Counted from the stretch's first letter, positions 27,077 through 36,671 are shown. The stretch: 60,068 nucleotides of DNA from a virus (IMGVR_UViG_3300009509_000023:1-60068), one strand, 5' to 3'. Program-made: numbers and translations. The notes: a model not told the origin generated them from the letters alone.

Positions 27077-28884
27077 TGGGCGCTGTACAAAATGTCATCG
27101 ATCGCCTTCGTGGGGCCTTCATATCCGATAAGGAAAGAGGCGGCCAGCTCCTAGCCAAGGGCAGCACGTCTCCGACTTATCCCGATTCCGGGTACGACTT
27201 GCTGCAGGCCTACGGGTACGATGCGCTGTCTGACTACTTGCGGTTAGAGCACGATTTGCTGAGTCGCTATGTCGACTATGAGGAGATGGATGACTATCCG
27301 GAAGTGGCCTCTTCGGTCGACGTGTACGCAGACGACGCCTCACAACCCGATACGCAGCTTCAACGCACGGTGTGGATATCGAGCCCAGACAAAACGCTCC
27401 AAGGTGTGCTTGATGACCTGTTCTACAAGCGTCTTCGCTTGGATGAAGAGATCTGGGAGATTGTCCGATCCCTTGTCAAATACGGCAATGACTACGAAGA
27501 GATGCTGGTCACGCAAGATGGCGTGGTCGGCCTGAACTTCCTCCCGGCTCCCACGGTGCGCAGGGTCGAAGGTCCGCGCGGGGAGCTGTATGGCTTTGTC
27601 CAGGACTTCAAAGGCCGTTTTGGGTATTCTCCGCAGGAGTTCCAGAAGATACTTGCCCAGCGAACAGACGCGATTCGTCAGGCCATGCAGCCAGGAGCCG
27701 CGCAACCCCCAGGAAACATGCTTCAGCGCGTGTCGGCTCTAGAGCCATGGGAGGTGGCGCACTTCCGACTCCGAGGGAAGCACCGCCGCAGTGTATACGG
27801 CTACTCCGTTCTCGAGCCAGCGAGGTGGATATGGAAGCGCCTCATGATGCTCGAAGACGCGGCGATGATCTACCGCCTCCAACGCGCGCCCGAGCGATAC
27901 GCATTCTATGTGGATGTCGGTGACCTGCCTCCGGCCGAAGCCCTGGCTTTCGTGAATAGGGTGCGCCAACAGCACAAGAAGAAGCGATTCGTCAATCCAT
28001 CTACTGGAAAACTCGATCTGAAGTTCGAGCCATTGTCTCAAGACGACGATTTCTGGGTTCCAGTTCGGAAGGGTGTCGAAGGTACTCGAATCGAGGTGCT
28101 CGGCGGACCGGCGTGGCAGCACATGGATGATGTGCAGTACTTCCAGACGAAGCTGTTTTCTGCTCTGAAGGTCCCGAAAGCGTACCTGGCTCAGGACGAC
28201 AACACAGCAAGGGCTGTTCTCTCGAGCGAGGATGTTCGGTTCGCCCGGTCGGTTCTTCGGGTGCAGAGAGAGGTACGAAACGGACTTCGAAAAGTCGCGC
28301 GCACCCACCTGGCTGCGCTCAACATCGACCCGTACTCAAACGAGTACACGGTGCACATGACCGTTCCGTCGGCGATTTTCGAGCTGGCCCAGCTGGAAGT
28401 TCGAAATGCCCGGGCCGATCTCGCTTCTCGGATGAGGGAGCACGTTTCTCTGAGGTGGGTATTAGAGAATGTGTATCAACTCTCCGACGAAGACATAAAA
28501 ATAATAATACAAGAGCGCTCTGAAGATGTGATCCGAGAGGGGAAGGCCCAGGCCGAAGTAGAAAAACTCAGCGCGATGGCTCAAGCCGCGGCGGAAGGCG
28601 CCACCGGAGGCGCAGGCGGAGGCGGAGGTAGGGGTATGGAGTCGCTGGCCTCACCATCTCCGACGCGGGGTTTGAAGCTTTTGGAGAGAAAGATCGATGC
28701 TCTTCCCAGGCAGTTGCGTGGAGGCATTTCCGAGAAAGAGCTTCTGAAGGGGAACAAAGAGGCTGAGAAACGAGCGGAAGGCAAGTTGGATCGAATTCTG
28801 AGGTCGAACGATGTTCAGACGAAACACCTACGAGAGGTAGGAGCGCTACTCCGAGAGGTTGTGGCAGCTTCGGCCGGAAGATGA
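27076..28884 (+). CDS. Portal protein (T4 gp20-like)
   Basis: YEEMDDYPEV, LMMLEDAAMIYRLQRAPERYAFYVDVGDLP, DDFWVP, DVQYFQTKLFSALKVP, DVRFAR. Confidence 0.93.
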   Translation: MGAVQNVIDRLRGAFISDKERGGQLLAKGSTSPTYPDSGYDLLQAYGYDALSDYLRLEHDLLSRYVDYEEMDDYPEVASSVDVYADDASQPDTQLQRTVWISSPDKTLQGVLDDLFYKRLRLDEEIWEIVRSLVKYGNDYEEMLVTQDGVVGLNFLPAPTVRRVEGPRGELYGFVQDFKGRFGYSPQEFQKILAQRTDAIRQAMQPGAAQPPGNMLQRVSALEPWEVAHFRLRGKHRRSVYGYSVLEPARWIWKRLMMLEDAAMIYRLQRAPERYAFYVDVGDLPPAEALAFVNRVRQQHKKKRFVNPSTGKLDLKFEPLSQDDDFWVPVRKGVEGTRIEVLGGPAWQHMDDVQYFQTKLFSALKVPKAYLAQDDNTARAVLSSEDVRFARSVLRVQREVRNGLRKVARTHLAALNIDPYSNEYTVHMTVPSAIFELAQLEVRNARADLASRMREHVSLRWVLENVYQLSDEDIKIIIQERSEDVIREGKAQAEVEKLSAMAQAAAEGATGGAGGGGGRGMESLASPSPTRGLKLLERKIDALPRQLRGGISEKELLKGNKEAEKRAEGKLDRILRSNDVQTKHLREVGALLREVVAASAGR

Positions 28885-28890
28885 TTCCGT

Positions 28891-28920
28891 TTGACATGGG
28901 GTTGAGGAAAAAGATACCTT
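28891..28920 (+). promoter_or_regulatory. Possible sigma70-like promoter
   Basis: TTGACA (28891-28896), 18 nt, TACCTT; intergenic. Confidence 0.35.
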
Positions 28921-28935
28921 GATCGCGGATAGCAG

Positions 28936-29769
28936 ATGATCAACGAAGACAACAGTTTGCTTTTCATTGCGGCGTCCGAACTCAGACGATTGAGATGCGG
29001 GAGCTACGAGTCCAAGATAGAGGACGGCGCGGCGATAGCCCGTAAGCATTTCGGAGATCGTCCTTTCGAGGTTGTGGCGACGAGAGAGAACGGCGTGGTC
29101 GTTCTCAGCGAAGGTCGCTGTCAACTCGTATCTGTCGAAGGCGGCGAGACAAAGACCGAGGATCTAGATGTAGCGACGAAGGTCAGTTTCAGTATTGAAC
29201 ACGAAGCTCGAAATATAGTTGATCTGTTTTTGGAAGGGGCTTCCAGGGCCGCTATGTCCAGGTTGGAGGATTTGGTTCCCAACACACCATCGTCGATGTC
29301 TACGATGAAATTCATTGTAGAGGCGAAGCGTCCATGGCGATCACTGTTCGAGGCGCGCCGAGACGAAATGGAGCATTTTGCCTCAAAAGAGGCTACATCC
29401 GATCAGTTGCATCAGAAGTTTGCTAGGTTGTATGATGAACCGACTGATGGTAATGCTCAAAAAGATCTTGAAGGTGTGGTAGATCGAGTGGCGGTTTTGA
29501 AAGAAAGCGTCGAAACAAGTCTCGGAGCTGTAAGCAACTTCCTTCTAACAGAGAAAGAGCCTACGCTCGATCAGTTCAAATTCTTCTCCGAAGATCTGCT
29601 GGATGATCTTCGGATGTTGCATAAGGAAAGTTCAAACGCTATGACAGCGGAAGACGACTTCTACGATCAGGGCGTGTTGGCTGGGATTATTTCCAGCGGC
29701 CTTCCAGAACGAGAGTCGGCGAGTCGCTTTGTCGTTGCGGTGGCCAGTAAGATGATCGAGGCCAACTAG
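28936..29769 (+). CDS. Hypothetical head-module protein
   Basis: 277-aa helical ORF between portal and the acidic protein. Confidence 0.65.
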   Translation: MINEDNSLLFIAASELRRLRCGSYESKIEDGAAIARKHFGDRPFEVVATRENGVVVLSEGRCQLVSVEGGETKTEDLDVATKVSFSIEHEARNIVDLFLEGASRAAMSRLEDLVPNTPSSMSTMKFIVEAKRPWRSLFEARRDEMEHFASKEATSDQLHQKFARLYDEPTDGNAQKDLEGVVDRVAVLKESVETSLGAVSNFLLTEKEPTLDQFKFFSEDLLDDLRMLHKESSNAMTAEDDFYDQGVLAGIISSGLPERESASRFVVAVASKMIEAN

Positions 29770-29778
29770 GAGGATGAA

Positions 29779-30681
29779 ATGAGTTTGCTCAGGCACCCGG
29801 TAGTCATCACCACTATGGAGGAGGACTTCCAGAAGATCGGTATCATCAAAGAGGATCGCCGCGACGACGCCGTTGAGGTTGATGAGGAAGAATTCGACGG
29901 CGAGGTCGACGACGAAGTCGAGGAAGATGTCGACGAAGATGGCGACGAGGACGAGACCGACTCGGAAGAAGAAGATGTCGAAGAGGACATCGACGAAGAG
30001 ACCGAGGCAATGGTAGAGGCTCTTGAGTTCCACGAAGACTTTCAAAAGACGTGGGATACGCTCGGAGAAGAGGGAGTCGAGACCGTCTCTCTCGACGACG
30101 ACCAGATGGTTGAGTTGGAGTCTTTCGCCTCTGAGTCAATTTCCCTCCCCCTCGATGCGATCGGAGAGGATGTCATCGACGATGACGAACTCGACGAAGA
30201 AGACGAGAGCGATGAGGACGACGAAGACGACGAAGAGGTCGAGACCGACAAGACTGCCTATGAGTCTGTGACTCACGCTCTGCATGTCATCGAGAATCTC
30301 ATGGCCGAGAGCGACGACGAGCCGACCAACTCTTTGGAAGAGGCGGTTCCGGCCTTCGCGAACATTGCGCTGATCGCCGAGCACCTCTACGGCTTCTTCA
30401 TGGAGACTGCCGAACAGCAGGAAGACGACGACTACGTGGAGATTGCCAACACGTACAAGTCGATCGCGAAGTACGCGGCCGGCGTGGTTGACACGTTGAA
30501 GACCGAGGACATCGACACCATCGACCAGGAAGCCCTCAACGAGACGTTCCAAGACTATCTGAAGTCGTTGCTGCAAGGTCTCGAGACGTACTCGATTCTT
30601 CGTGAGATGTCGGAGGACGACGAAGACGAAGGCGAGGACGAGGACGAAGAGGTCGAGGAGCAAGAAGAGGGAAACGAATAA
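29779..30681 (+). CDS. Highly acidic prohead core/scaffold-like protein
   Basis: RBS AGGAGG; long D/E tracts; directly upstream of the prohead protease. Confidence 0.6.
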   Translation: MSLLRHPVVITTMEEDFQKIGIIKEDRRDDAVEVDEEEFDGEVDDEVEEDVDEDGDEDETDSEEEDVEEDIDEETEAMVEALEFHEDFQKTWDTLGEEGVETVSLDDDQMVELESFASESISLPLDAIGEDVIDDDELDEEDESDEDDEDDEEVETDKTAYESVTHALHVIENLMAESDDEPTNSLEEAVPAFANIALIAEHLYGFFMETAEQQEDDDYVEIANTYKSIAKYAAGVVDTLKTEDIDTIDQEALNETFQDYLKSLLQGLETYSILREMSEDDEDEGEDEDEEVEEQEEGNE

Positions 30682-30914
30682 GGCGGCGGCGTCCACTCCC
30701 TCCTAAAAAAGGAGGATCGTGGAGGCGGCGCCGCACGGCGTATTCTTCAGGAAGACGAGAGGCGATGGGGGTTGAAAAGAGCCCGGTGAAGCGAAAGACG
30801 AGAAGCGTCGGATCAAGGCAGGCGGTTCTCGATCGTCCCGGGTACGGCGGGGTGCTGGACACGATAGTCGGCCGCACCCCTTTCCGCTCCAACTTCCGTT
30901 GGAAGAAGGGCTAG
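30669..30914 (+). other. Predicted programmed -1 frameshift site (G GGA AAC plus stem-loop) and basic C-terminal extension of the acidic protein
   Basis: In-phase slippery heptamer at 30669-30675, one sense codon before TAA; stem-loop 30683-30734; the -1 frame stays open to TAG 30912-30914, 4 nt before the next ATG. Confidence 0.65.
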
Positions 30915-30918
30915 GACG

Positions 30919-32556
30919 ATGGGAAAGACCGCGAAAAAGAAGCTCGTTGACGAGCAAGTCCATCACGGCAAACTCGAGTTGGTCGAGGGCGAAGGAGCTA
31001 AGCAGGGTCGTGTTTTTGCTCGGGGAGAGTTCGGTCACGCGGTGAACCCTACCGCCAACAAGCGCCTATATCGCCACTCCATCTGGGAGAAGAATTTTTC
31101 ACGACTCCAACCCAACTTGGAGTCGAAGAAGATCCTCGGGGAATTGGATCACCCGACAGATGGGCGAACAGCCTTGACTCGTGCTTCTCACGTCATCACC
31201 GATCTCCGTTTGGAGGGTGATATCGTGCTGGGAGAGGCCGAAATTCTCGACACCTCAAAGGGCAGAGATTTGAAGGCCATTCTAGCGGCCGGAGTTCCAG
31301 TTGGGATCAGTTCTCGAGGGTACGGAAGCACGAAACCAGGAAATGACGGTATCGAAGAAGTTCAAGACGACTACAGGCTCATGACCTTTGATTTTGTAGC
31401 TGAGCCGGCCGATCCGACGGCGTACCCCGAAGTCGTGTTCGAGAGCGAGTCGGAGAGCAACGCGAGCATGATGTTCGAGGGCGCAACGATAGAGGAAGAA
31501 GAGTCAGAAGAGGAAGAGTCGGAAGAAACTTCCGACGCCGAGGACGCTTCTTCAGACGACGAGACTGAGGATGTCGATGATGAGTCTTCGGACGAAGTCG
31601 ACGAACAGGAGATGGCCAAGCGTTTTGCCGAAAAGGTGTTGGCCGATGCGGGCAAAAAAGAGTCCGTAGAGAACCTTCGCGAAGAGTTCACCTCGAAGAT
31701 CGTAGAGCGCATAACAGCGCTCCGATCGGATGTCGAGAAGCAGGTACGCAAAGAGCTGGAAAGCGATCCAGAGTTGGGCGCGGCTAAGACTGTGCTCGCT
31801 CAGATAAGGGAAACACTCCAACCGCTGTTTTTGAGCGAGGATGTTCAGGAGATCATCGCCGCGAAGGACGCCGAGATCGAAGTTTTACGATCTCAGCTCG
31901 ACGAAGCGGAGTTGAGAATCGGCGGCATGGAGGAGCTGATTGAGAAGCTGACTGAGGCTGCGAGAGAGGCCGGCTACAAGTACCACCTCGAGTGCTTGCT
32001 CCGAGAGAGCGATTCCGACGCCGATCGAGTTCGTGAGATCGTGGGCGATGTGTCGCAGTACGATTCCCCCGACGCACTGAAGGATCGTGTGGAAGAAGCA
32101 CACGCGGAGATGGCGGCGTTCCGGATCGAAGAGGAGCGCTTGGAGCAAAGAAGGCAAGCGGAGTCCAGTCGTTTGCGCAACAAAAACAGGCAGCTGGCAG
32201 AAAGCCTGGAAGAGGCTCTCGTGGCCAACAAAGACATGGCGCTTCAAATATACGCGGCTAAGAGGTTGCAAACTCATCCACAAGGTGCGAAGATCCTTCG
32301 CATGCTGGAACGATCTGGAATCCAAACCAAAGAGCAGGTGGATGAGATGATCGAAGAGTTCAGGGAGCCTGAGCGCGATGTCGATGATCTCGAAGCCATT
32401 CGTGCTCGCGTTCGTTCCCGCCTTCAAAGCGGGAGAGAATACATGGAAGAGGATGTTCAGTCTGCCAGTCGTCGTGGTGGTGGAGGTTCGAGAAACTACA
32501 ACGGTCTCGGAGCCTCCCTAGCGGATTTGAAACATCTTGCCGGTGTGAGAGACTGA
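30919..32556 (+). CDS. Prohead protease (T4 gp21-like) fused to a coiled-coil scaffold
   Basis: NKRLY, GELDHP, ASHVIT, GISSRGYGS, TFDFVAEPA, then an acidic linker and a long helical region. Confidence 0.9.
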   Translation: MGKTAKKKLVDEQVHHGKLELVEGEGAKQGRVFARGEFGHAVNPTANKRLYRHSIWEKNFSRLQPNLESKKILGELDHPTDGRTALTRASHVITDLRLEGDIVLGEAEILDTSKGRDLKAILAAGVPVGISSRGYGSTKPGNDGIEEVQDDYRLMTFDFVAEPADPTAYPEVVFESESESNASMMFEGATIEEEESEEEESEETSDAEDASSDDETEDVDDESSDEVDEQEMAKRFAEKVLADAGKKESVENLREEFTSKIVERITALRSDVEKQVRKELESDPELGAAKTVLAQIRETLQPLFLSEDVQEIIAAKDAEIEVLRSQLDEAELRIGGMEELIEKLTEAAREAGYKYHLECLLRESDSDADRVREIVGDVSQYDSPDALKDRVEEAHAEMAAFRIEEERLEQRRQAESSRLRNKNRQLAESLEEALVANKDMALQIYAAKRLQTHPQGAKILRMLERSGIQTKEQVDEMIEEFREPERDVDDLEAIRARVRSRLQSGREYMEEDVQSASRRGGGGSRNYNGLGASLADLKHLAGVRD

Positions 32557-32621
32557 ACTGAGTTGTGAGTTACTGGCGGGCGACACGACGATCCGCCGAA
32601 GAGGAGAATAAGGAGGCAACC

Positions 32622-34118
32622 GTGGAAGCTCGACAGATGCTTCAGGAAGAGGGTCGTCGAACGATCGCCGACCAGAGCTATGTCGGAGCCCTTATCCGGA
32701 AGTGGGGAGACTTCCTGGAGGGTCTGGCAGATCGCAGCGAGCAGGATCGGTACATTCTCGGATGTACTGCCATGCTCATGGAGAACGAGTCGTTGTGGCT
32801 CCAGTCCCTCACCGAGGAGACGCGGACCGTCAACGTTGGCTCGTTCACCAAGTTCATCTTTCCCGTTTTGCGGAGAGTTTTCCCGAACTTGATCGCCAAC
32901 GAAATCGTCTCGGTTCAGCCGATGACGGCCCCGATTGGCGCGGTGTTCTTCCTGGACTATGTCTACGGAAGCACCAAGGGCGGGACGACTGAGGGCGCGG
33001 TATTCCCCCGCGACTTCGACCGCGACTACTCCTCGGAGTACGTGAACGGTGAGCCGCTCGTCACTGGCGACGGAACCAACTACGTCGCGGGCCAGACTCC
33101 GCTCGACGCGACGCTGGCCTGGACCCCGGTTCGTCCGCTCGACTCGGCTCGAGGATTCGCAGTGGTCTTGAAAGAGATCGATTCGTCCACGGGCGAGGCG
33201 ATTCCGAGTCAGACGATCCAGGACGACGGCGCGGGCAATTTCGCCTCTCCGGCAACCGCCGGAACGATCAACTACGCCAATGGCCAGATCGTTGGTGTAG
33301 AGTTTCCGGCTGCTCCGGCGTCCGGGAACCAGGTCAAGGCGTACTACTACTTCGACGGAGAGCTGAACACCAAGGTTCCCGAGGTGAAGCTCGATGTCAA
33401 GAAGGCCCCCGTCGAGGCAGTTCCCCGTCGGCTCAAGGCTCTGTGGTCCTCCGAGGCCGCGGAAGACCTTCGCGCATTCCACGGACTCGACGCCGAGACC
33501 GAGATCGTGAGCATCATCGCTCAGGAGATCGCTCTCGAAATCGACCGGGAGATCATCCAGGACCTGTTCCTGTCTTCGACCGGAACTACCGGAACGTTCG
33601 ATCGCGTTCCCCCCGGAGGTATCGCGGAGATCGACCACATCCGTGCGCTGCTCACGCAGATCAGCACCGTGTCGAACCTCATCCACAAGAAGACGCTTCG
33701 CGCGCCCGCGAACTGGATTGTCACGAGCCCCGAAATCTCGGCGCTTTTGACCCAGCTCACGACCCACGGCGACTTCAAGCCGATCTGGTCGTCGGACATG
33801 AACCCGAACAGCCCGACCGACGTTATGCGTCCCCGGACTGCTCACGGTCAGTTCTCGATCTACAAGACCGGCACGCTCATGAACAAGTGGGTTGTGTATG
33901 AAGATCCCTTCTTCACGACCAACAAGATGATGATCGGTCTGAAGGGCGGATCGTTCCTCGAGAGTGGCTTCGTGTGGGCCCCATACGTGCCTCTCCAGGT
34001 CACGCCGACCTTCCTCGATCCGAGCGACTTCAGCTTCCGCAAGGGTCTCCGCACCCGGTACGCGAAGAAGCTGCTGCGGCCCGACTTCTATGGGCAGTTG
34101 ACCATCAACAACCTGTAG
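32622..34118 (+). CDS. Major capsid protein (T4 gp23-like)
   Basis: RBS AAGGAGG then GTG 32622; FPVLRRVFPNLIANEIVSVQPM, RRLKALWS.EAAEDL, EIALEIDREII, APYVPL, KGLRTRYA. Confidence 0.95.
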   Translation: MEARQMLQEEGRRTIADQSYVGALIRKWGDFLEGLADRSEQDRYILGCTAMLMENESLWLQSLTEETRTVNVGSFTKFIFPVLRRVFPNLIANEIVSVQPMTAPIGAVFFLDYVYGSTKGGTTEGAVFPRDFDRDYSSEYVNGEPLVTGDGTNYVAGQTPLDATLAWTPVRPLDSARGFAVVLKEIDSSTGEAIPSQTIQDDGAGNFASPATAGTINYANGQIVGVEFPAAPASGNQVKAYYYFDGELNTKVPEVKLDVKKAPVEAVPRRLKALWSSEAAEDLRAFHGLDAETEIVSIIAQEIALEIDREIIQDLFLSSTGTTGTFDRVPPGGIAEIDHIRALLTQISTVSNLIHKKTLRAPANWIVTSPEISALLTQLTTHGDFKPIWSSDMNPNSPTDVMRPRTAHGQFSIYKTGTLMNKWVVYEDPFFTTNKMMIGLKGGSFLESGFVWAPYVPLQVTPTFLDPSDFSFRKGLRTRYAKKLLRPDFYGQLTINNL

Positions 34119-34140
34119 TTTCAACAGGTTATGAGACTCC

Positions 34141-34182
34141 GGCGACCGTCAGCTCTTCGTGGGCTGGCGGTCGTCTATGTTT
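34141..34182 (+). terminator. Hairpin after the capsid gene, probable terminator or attenuator
   Basis: GGCGACCGTCAGCTC-TTCGT-GGGCTGGCGGTCGTC (with G-U pairs) followed by TATGTTT. Confidence 0.55.
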
Positions 34183-34220
34183 AGTAGCGACCGTCGGTCG
34201 CTAATGGTATGGTAAGGACG

Positions 34221-34811
34221 ATGGCTAGAAATGCGGACGAAGTACTGAACGAGCTGAGAAGTGTTGGAGCTGTTGGAGGCTTGGAGAAAACTGCAAGAGC
34301 CTCGAACATCGAAGAGGTCATTATCGATCAGGGCCCCCCGGTGGCGGCTCTTCGAGACCTCAGAGGCCCGAGGGCGGTCGAGGCTATCGACTCGGCCCTT
34401 GTTCAGCTTGGCATTGCTGTAGAGGCGCTGCAAGGGGCCCGAGAAGCGCTGGGCGAGTTGCGGGGTGTCTGGGCCCGTCCAGAGGACTACGACACCCCTG
34501 AGCCCCAGGAGATCGATACAGGAGAAGAAATCGACCCTGCCCCTGAGACAGAAGAGCCTAAGCCTGTTCAAATGGTATCTACCGAGATCGACGAAGACAC
34601 CTACCGGCGGGCAAGGGAGGCGGCTCTCCGAAAGATAAGAGGAGAGGACATATCGAAAGAGCAGCTAGCGCGACTGGAGAAGGAGGACGACGTTCCATTC
34701 GTCGGCCAAGAGCGGGCCTTGCCTCCAGGACAAGAGCCCGAGGAAATATCGTTAGGGACTGTTGGCACGATCAAGCCGAGTTTTCCGTTGGAGGGTGAAA
34801 ATGGCTCGTAG
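34221..34811 (+). CDS. Hypothetical protein
   Basis: Acidic, Pro-rich 196-aa ORF after the capsid gene. Confidence 0.65.
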   Translation: MARNADEVLNELRSVGAVGGLEKTARASNIEEVIIDQGPPVAALRDLRGPRAVEAIDSALVQLGIAVEALQGAREALGELRGVWARPEDYDTPEPQEIDTGEEIDPAPETEEPKPVQMVSTEIDEDTYRRAREAALRKIRGEDISKEQLARLEKEDDVPFVGQERALPPGQEPEEISLGTVGTIKPSFPLEGENGS

Positions 34812-35157
34812 GTTCAGGAAGAAAGCAGGTCTGGGGATCATCAGCCTTCCCGGTCTTCCCGGGATAGGCGACGATGTCGTCGTGGAAGGGGATGAGTACG
34901 CTCGTTTCTGTCCCGCGGTGCTCGAAGAGGTCTTCGATAAGCCGGCGAAACCGGCAGCGAAGAAGGCGGAGGCAAAGGCCCCTCCACCCCCTCCAGAGGT
35001 GGAAGAGGTCGAAGAGGAAGAGATCGAAGTCGAGGCGCCCAACATGAGCTGGAAGAAGGCGGAACTCGTAGAGTACGCTGAAGGTCTCAACCTCGATGTT
35101 GACGGACTCACGAAGGCTCAAATTCTCGAGGCCATCGAGGAAGAAGAGGCCGAGTGA
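34801..35157 (+). CDS. Small protein with C-terminal HeH/Rho-N-like domain
   Basis: MSWKKAELVEYAEGLNLDVDGLTKAQILEAIE. Confidence 0.65.
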   Translation: MARRFRKKAGLGIISLPGLPGIGDDVVVEGDEYARFCPAVLEEVFDKPAKPAAKKAEAKAPPPPPEVEEVEEEEIEVEAPNMSWKKAELVEYAEGLNLDVDGLTKAQILEAIEEEEAE

Positions 35158-35324
35158 TGCGATGCCCGAAATGCGGTCAGCCCGGTATCATCATCGAGGT
35201 GAAGGGCGAGAAAGGTGACAAGCACATCAAGTGCCCCAAGTGCGGTCTCCACGAGATACGGGATCGTGAGGGGAGAAAACTTCTCCTTGACACTGTAGAC
35301 CGCGGCGAAGTCCTGCTATCCTAA
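35157..35324 (+). CDS. 55-aa Zn-ribbon protein (below the ORF-track cutoff)
   Basis: MRCPKCG...KCPKCG; TGATG coupling; fills the gap. Confidence 0.7.
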   Translation: MRCPKCGQPGIIIEVKGEKGDKHIKCPKCGLHEIRDREGRKLLLDTVDRGEVLLS

Positions 35325-35340
35325 ATAGCGGGAGGTGAAA

Positions 35341-36078
35341 ATGGCTCGTCCGCCCGGAAATAAGCTGATGAACCGGGAGGAGCTGTACGAGTGGATTCTT
35401 CGTAGGCTCGGAGCACCTTTCTGGGAAATAGAGTTGTGCCAACAACATGTGAAGGACGCAGTAGAGCAAGCCGTTCGCTGGTTTGCGGCGAAAAAGGGCG
35501 TCTCGAAGCTATTCACGATTCGGACGTTGCCGGCGGTCGTCGAATACACACTCGACTCTGAGATAGACCGCGTTATAGACGTGGCCTACGAGACCCACAA
35601 GCTGGACCTGTCTCTCATCTTCTCACCGTTTACCCTACTCGAGGAGAAAATACCCTACGACGTGTTCGCATCGGGCGGGTCGGGCGGCCTCTATTCCAGT
35701 TACGTTCAGGCTCTTCAATACATCGAGATGGCGAAGCGAGTTCTGAGCGCTGAGTTCGAGTGGTACGAGATCAACGACAAACTCTTCATAGCACCAGCAC
35801 CTGTCGATTCTAGGAACCTGATCGTGTGGGCGAAGATCAACTTCACACAGATCGAAGAACTGGAAGAGCGAGACCACGAGCTAATAAAGCGCTACGCTCT
35901 CGCGAAGGCGAGGATTGATCTTGCGTGGATTCGTGGAAAATACGGGGATTATCCGAGCGCTCAGGGATCGACGACTCTGAACTGGGATCGACTACTTGAT
36001 GACGCGAACATGGAGATCGAGAAGCTGGAAGAAGAGATCATGGGAGCTGGCTATCCGATGGGATTGATGAGTGGGTAG
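35341..36078 (+). CDS. Neck/adaptor protein (T4 gp13-like)
   Basis: EELYEWILRRLGAP..IEL, IKRYALAKAR..L..IRGKY, TLN pattern; position after the capsid gene. Confidence 0.8.
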   Translation: MARPPGNKLMNREELYEWILRRLGAPFWEIELCQQHVKDAVEQAVRWFAAKKGVSKLFTIRTLPAVVEYTLDSEIDRVIDVAYETHKLDLSLIFSPFTLLEEKIPYDVFASGGSGGLYSSYVQALQYIEMAKRVLSAEFEWYEINDKLFIAPAPVDSRNLIVWAKINFTQIEELEERDHELIKRYALAKARIDLAWIRGKYGDYPSAQGSTTLNWDRLLDDANMEIEKLEEEIMGAGYPMGLMSG

Positions 36079-36081
36079 CCG

Positions 36082-36666
36082 ATGTCCATCACGAAAAAGT
36101 GCTCCGGAATTGTGAGTTGCGAGTTCGCAAAGCTGAAAACTTCTGGTCCGCAGAAGTGCGGTCCGTTTGCTTTAGACGGCCGCGACGCTGCGATGTACGA
36201 CCATTTCGCTCAAGAGCATGTCAGCGCGGTGGGGACGGACCTTCTGCTGTGGCATCAGAACCTCGAAGAATCGATTCGCGATCCGCTCTACGACGAACCG
36301 ATAGACCGCGTATGGGCCGGACCGTTCAAATTCAAAGGTTTCGTGACGTACATTCCAGGTACACCACAAATGCGGGATGAAGGTCTTGTAGTTCGATGGG
36401 AAGGTACGTTGTGGATTGCTCGGAAAGAATTGGAAGACACGGGCAGCCCAGCCCCTCTCGAGGGCGATGTGATCAAGTTCTGGGATGACAAGTTCTTCGC
36501 GGAGCACGGGGTAAATGCAGAGCACGGGGTTCACGGCGGATACTACTTCGACGTGACGAACGTGGATGACGACGGACACGTTCAGGACTCGGCGTATTTT
36601 GTTGGTCTGACGGTCAACATCCTCAGACGAACGGAGTTTACACCCGAGCGTCGGCTGACGGAGTAA
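36082..36666 (+). CDS. Head completion/stopper protein (gp14-like)
   Basis: DPLYDEP and P.EGDVI motifs; follows the gp13-like gene. Confidence 0.6.
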   Translation: MSITKKCSGIVSCEFAKLKTSGPQKCGPFALDGRDAAMYDHFAQEHVSAVGTDLLLWHQNLEESIRDPLYDEPIDRVWAGPFKFKGFVTYIPGTPQMRDEGLVVRWEGTLWIARKELEDTGSPAPLEGDVIKFWDDKFFAEHGVNAEHGVHGGYYFDVTNVDDDGHVQDSAYFVGLTVNILRRTEFTPERRLTE

Positions 36667-36671
36667 GGACG

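Noticed and set aside
29860-30670. GAC/GAG/GAA-rich repetitive DNA as a repeat array
   Set aside because: Explained by Asp/Glu codon runs; no fixed repeat unit or spacers.
32496-34124. 542-aa minus-strand ORF, and many other antisense ORFs such as 57299-58225, 41177-41881 and 953-1627
   Set aside because: Shadow frames of well-supported + strand genes in GC-rich DNA; no motifs and no clear RBS.
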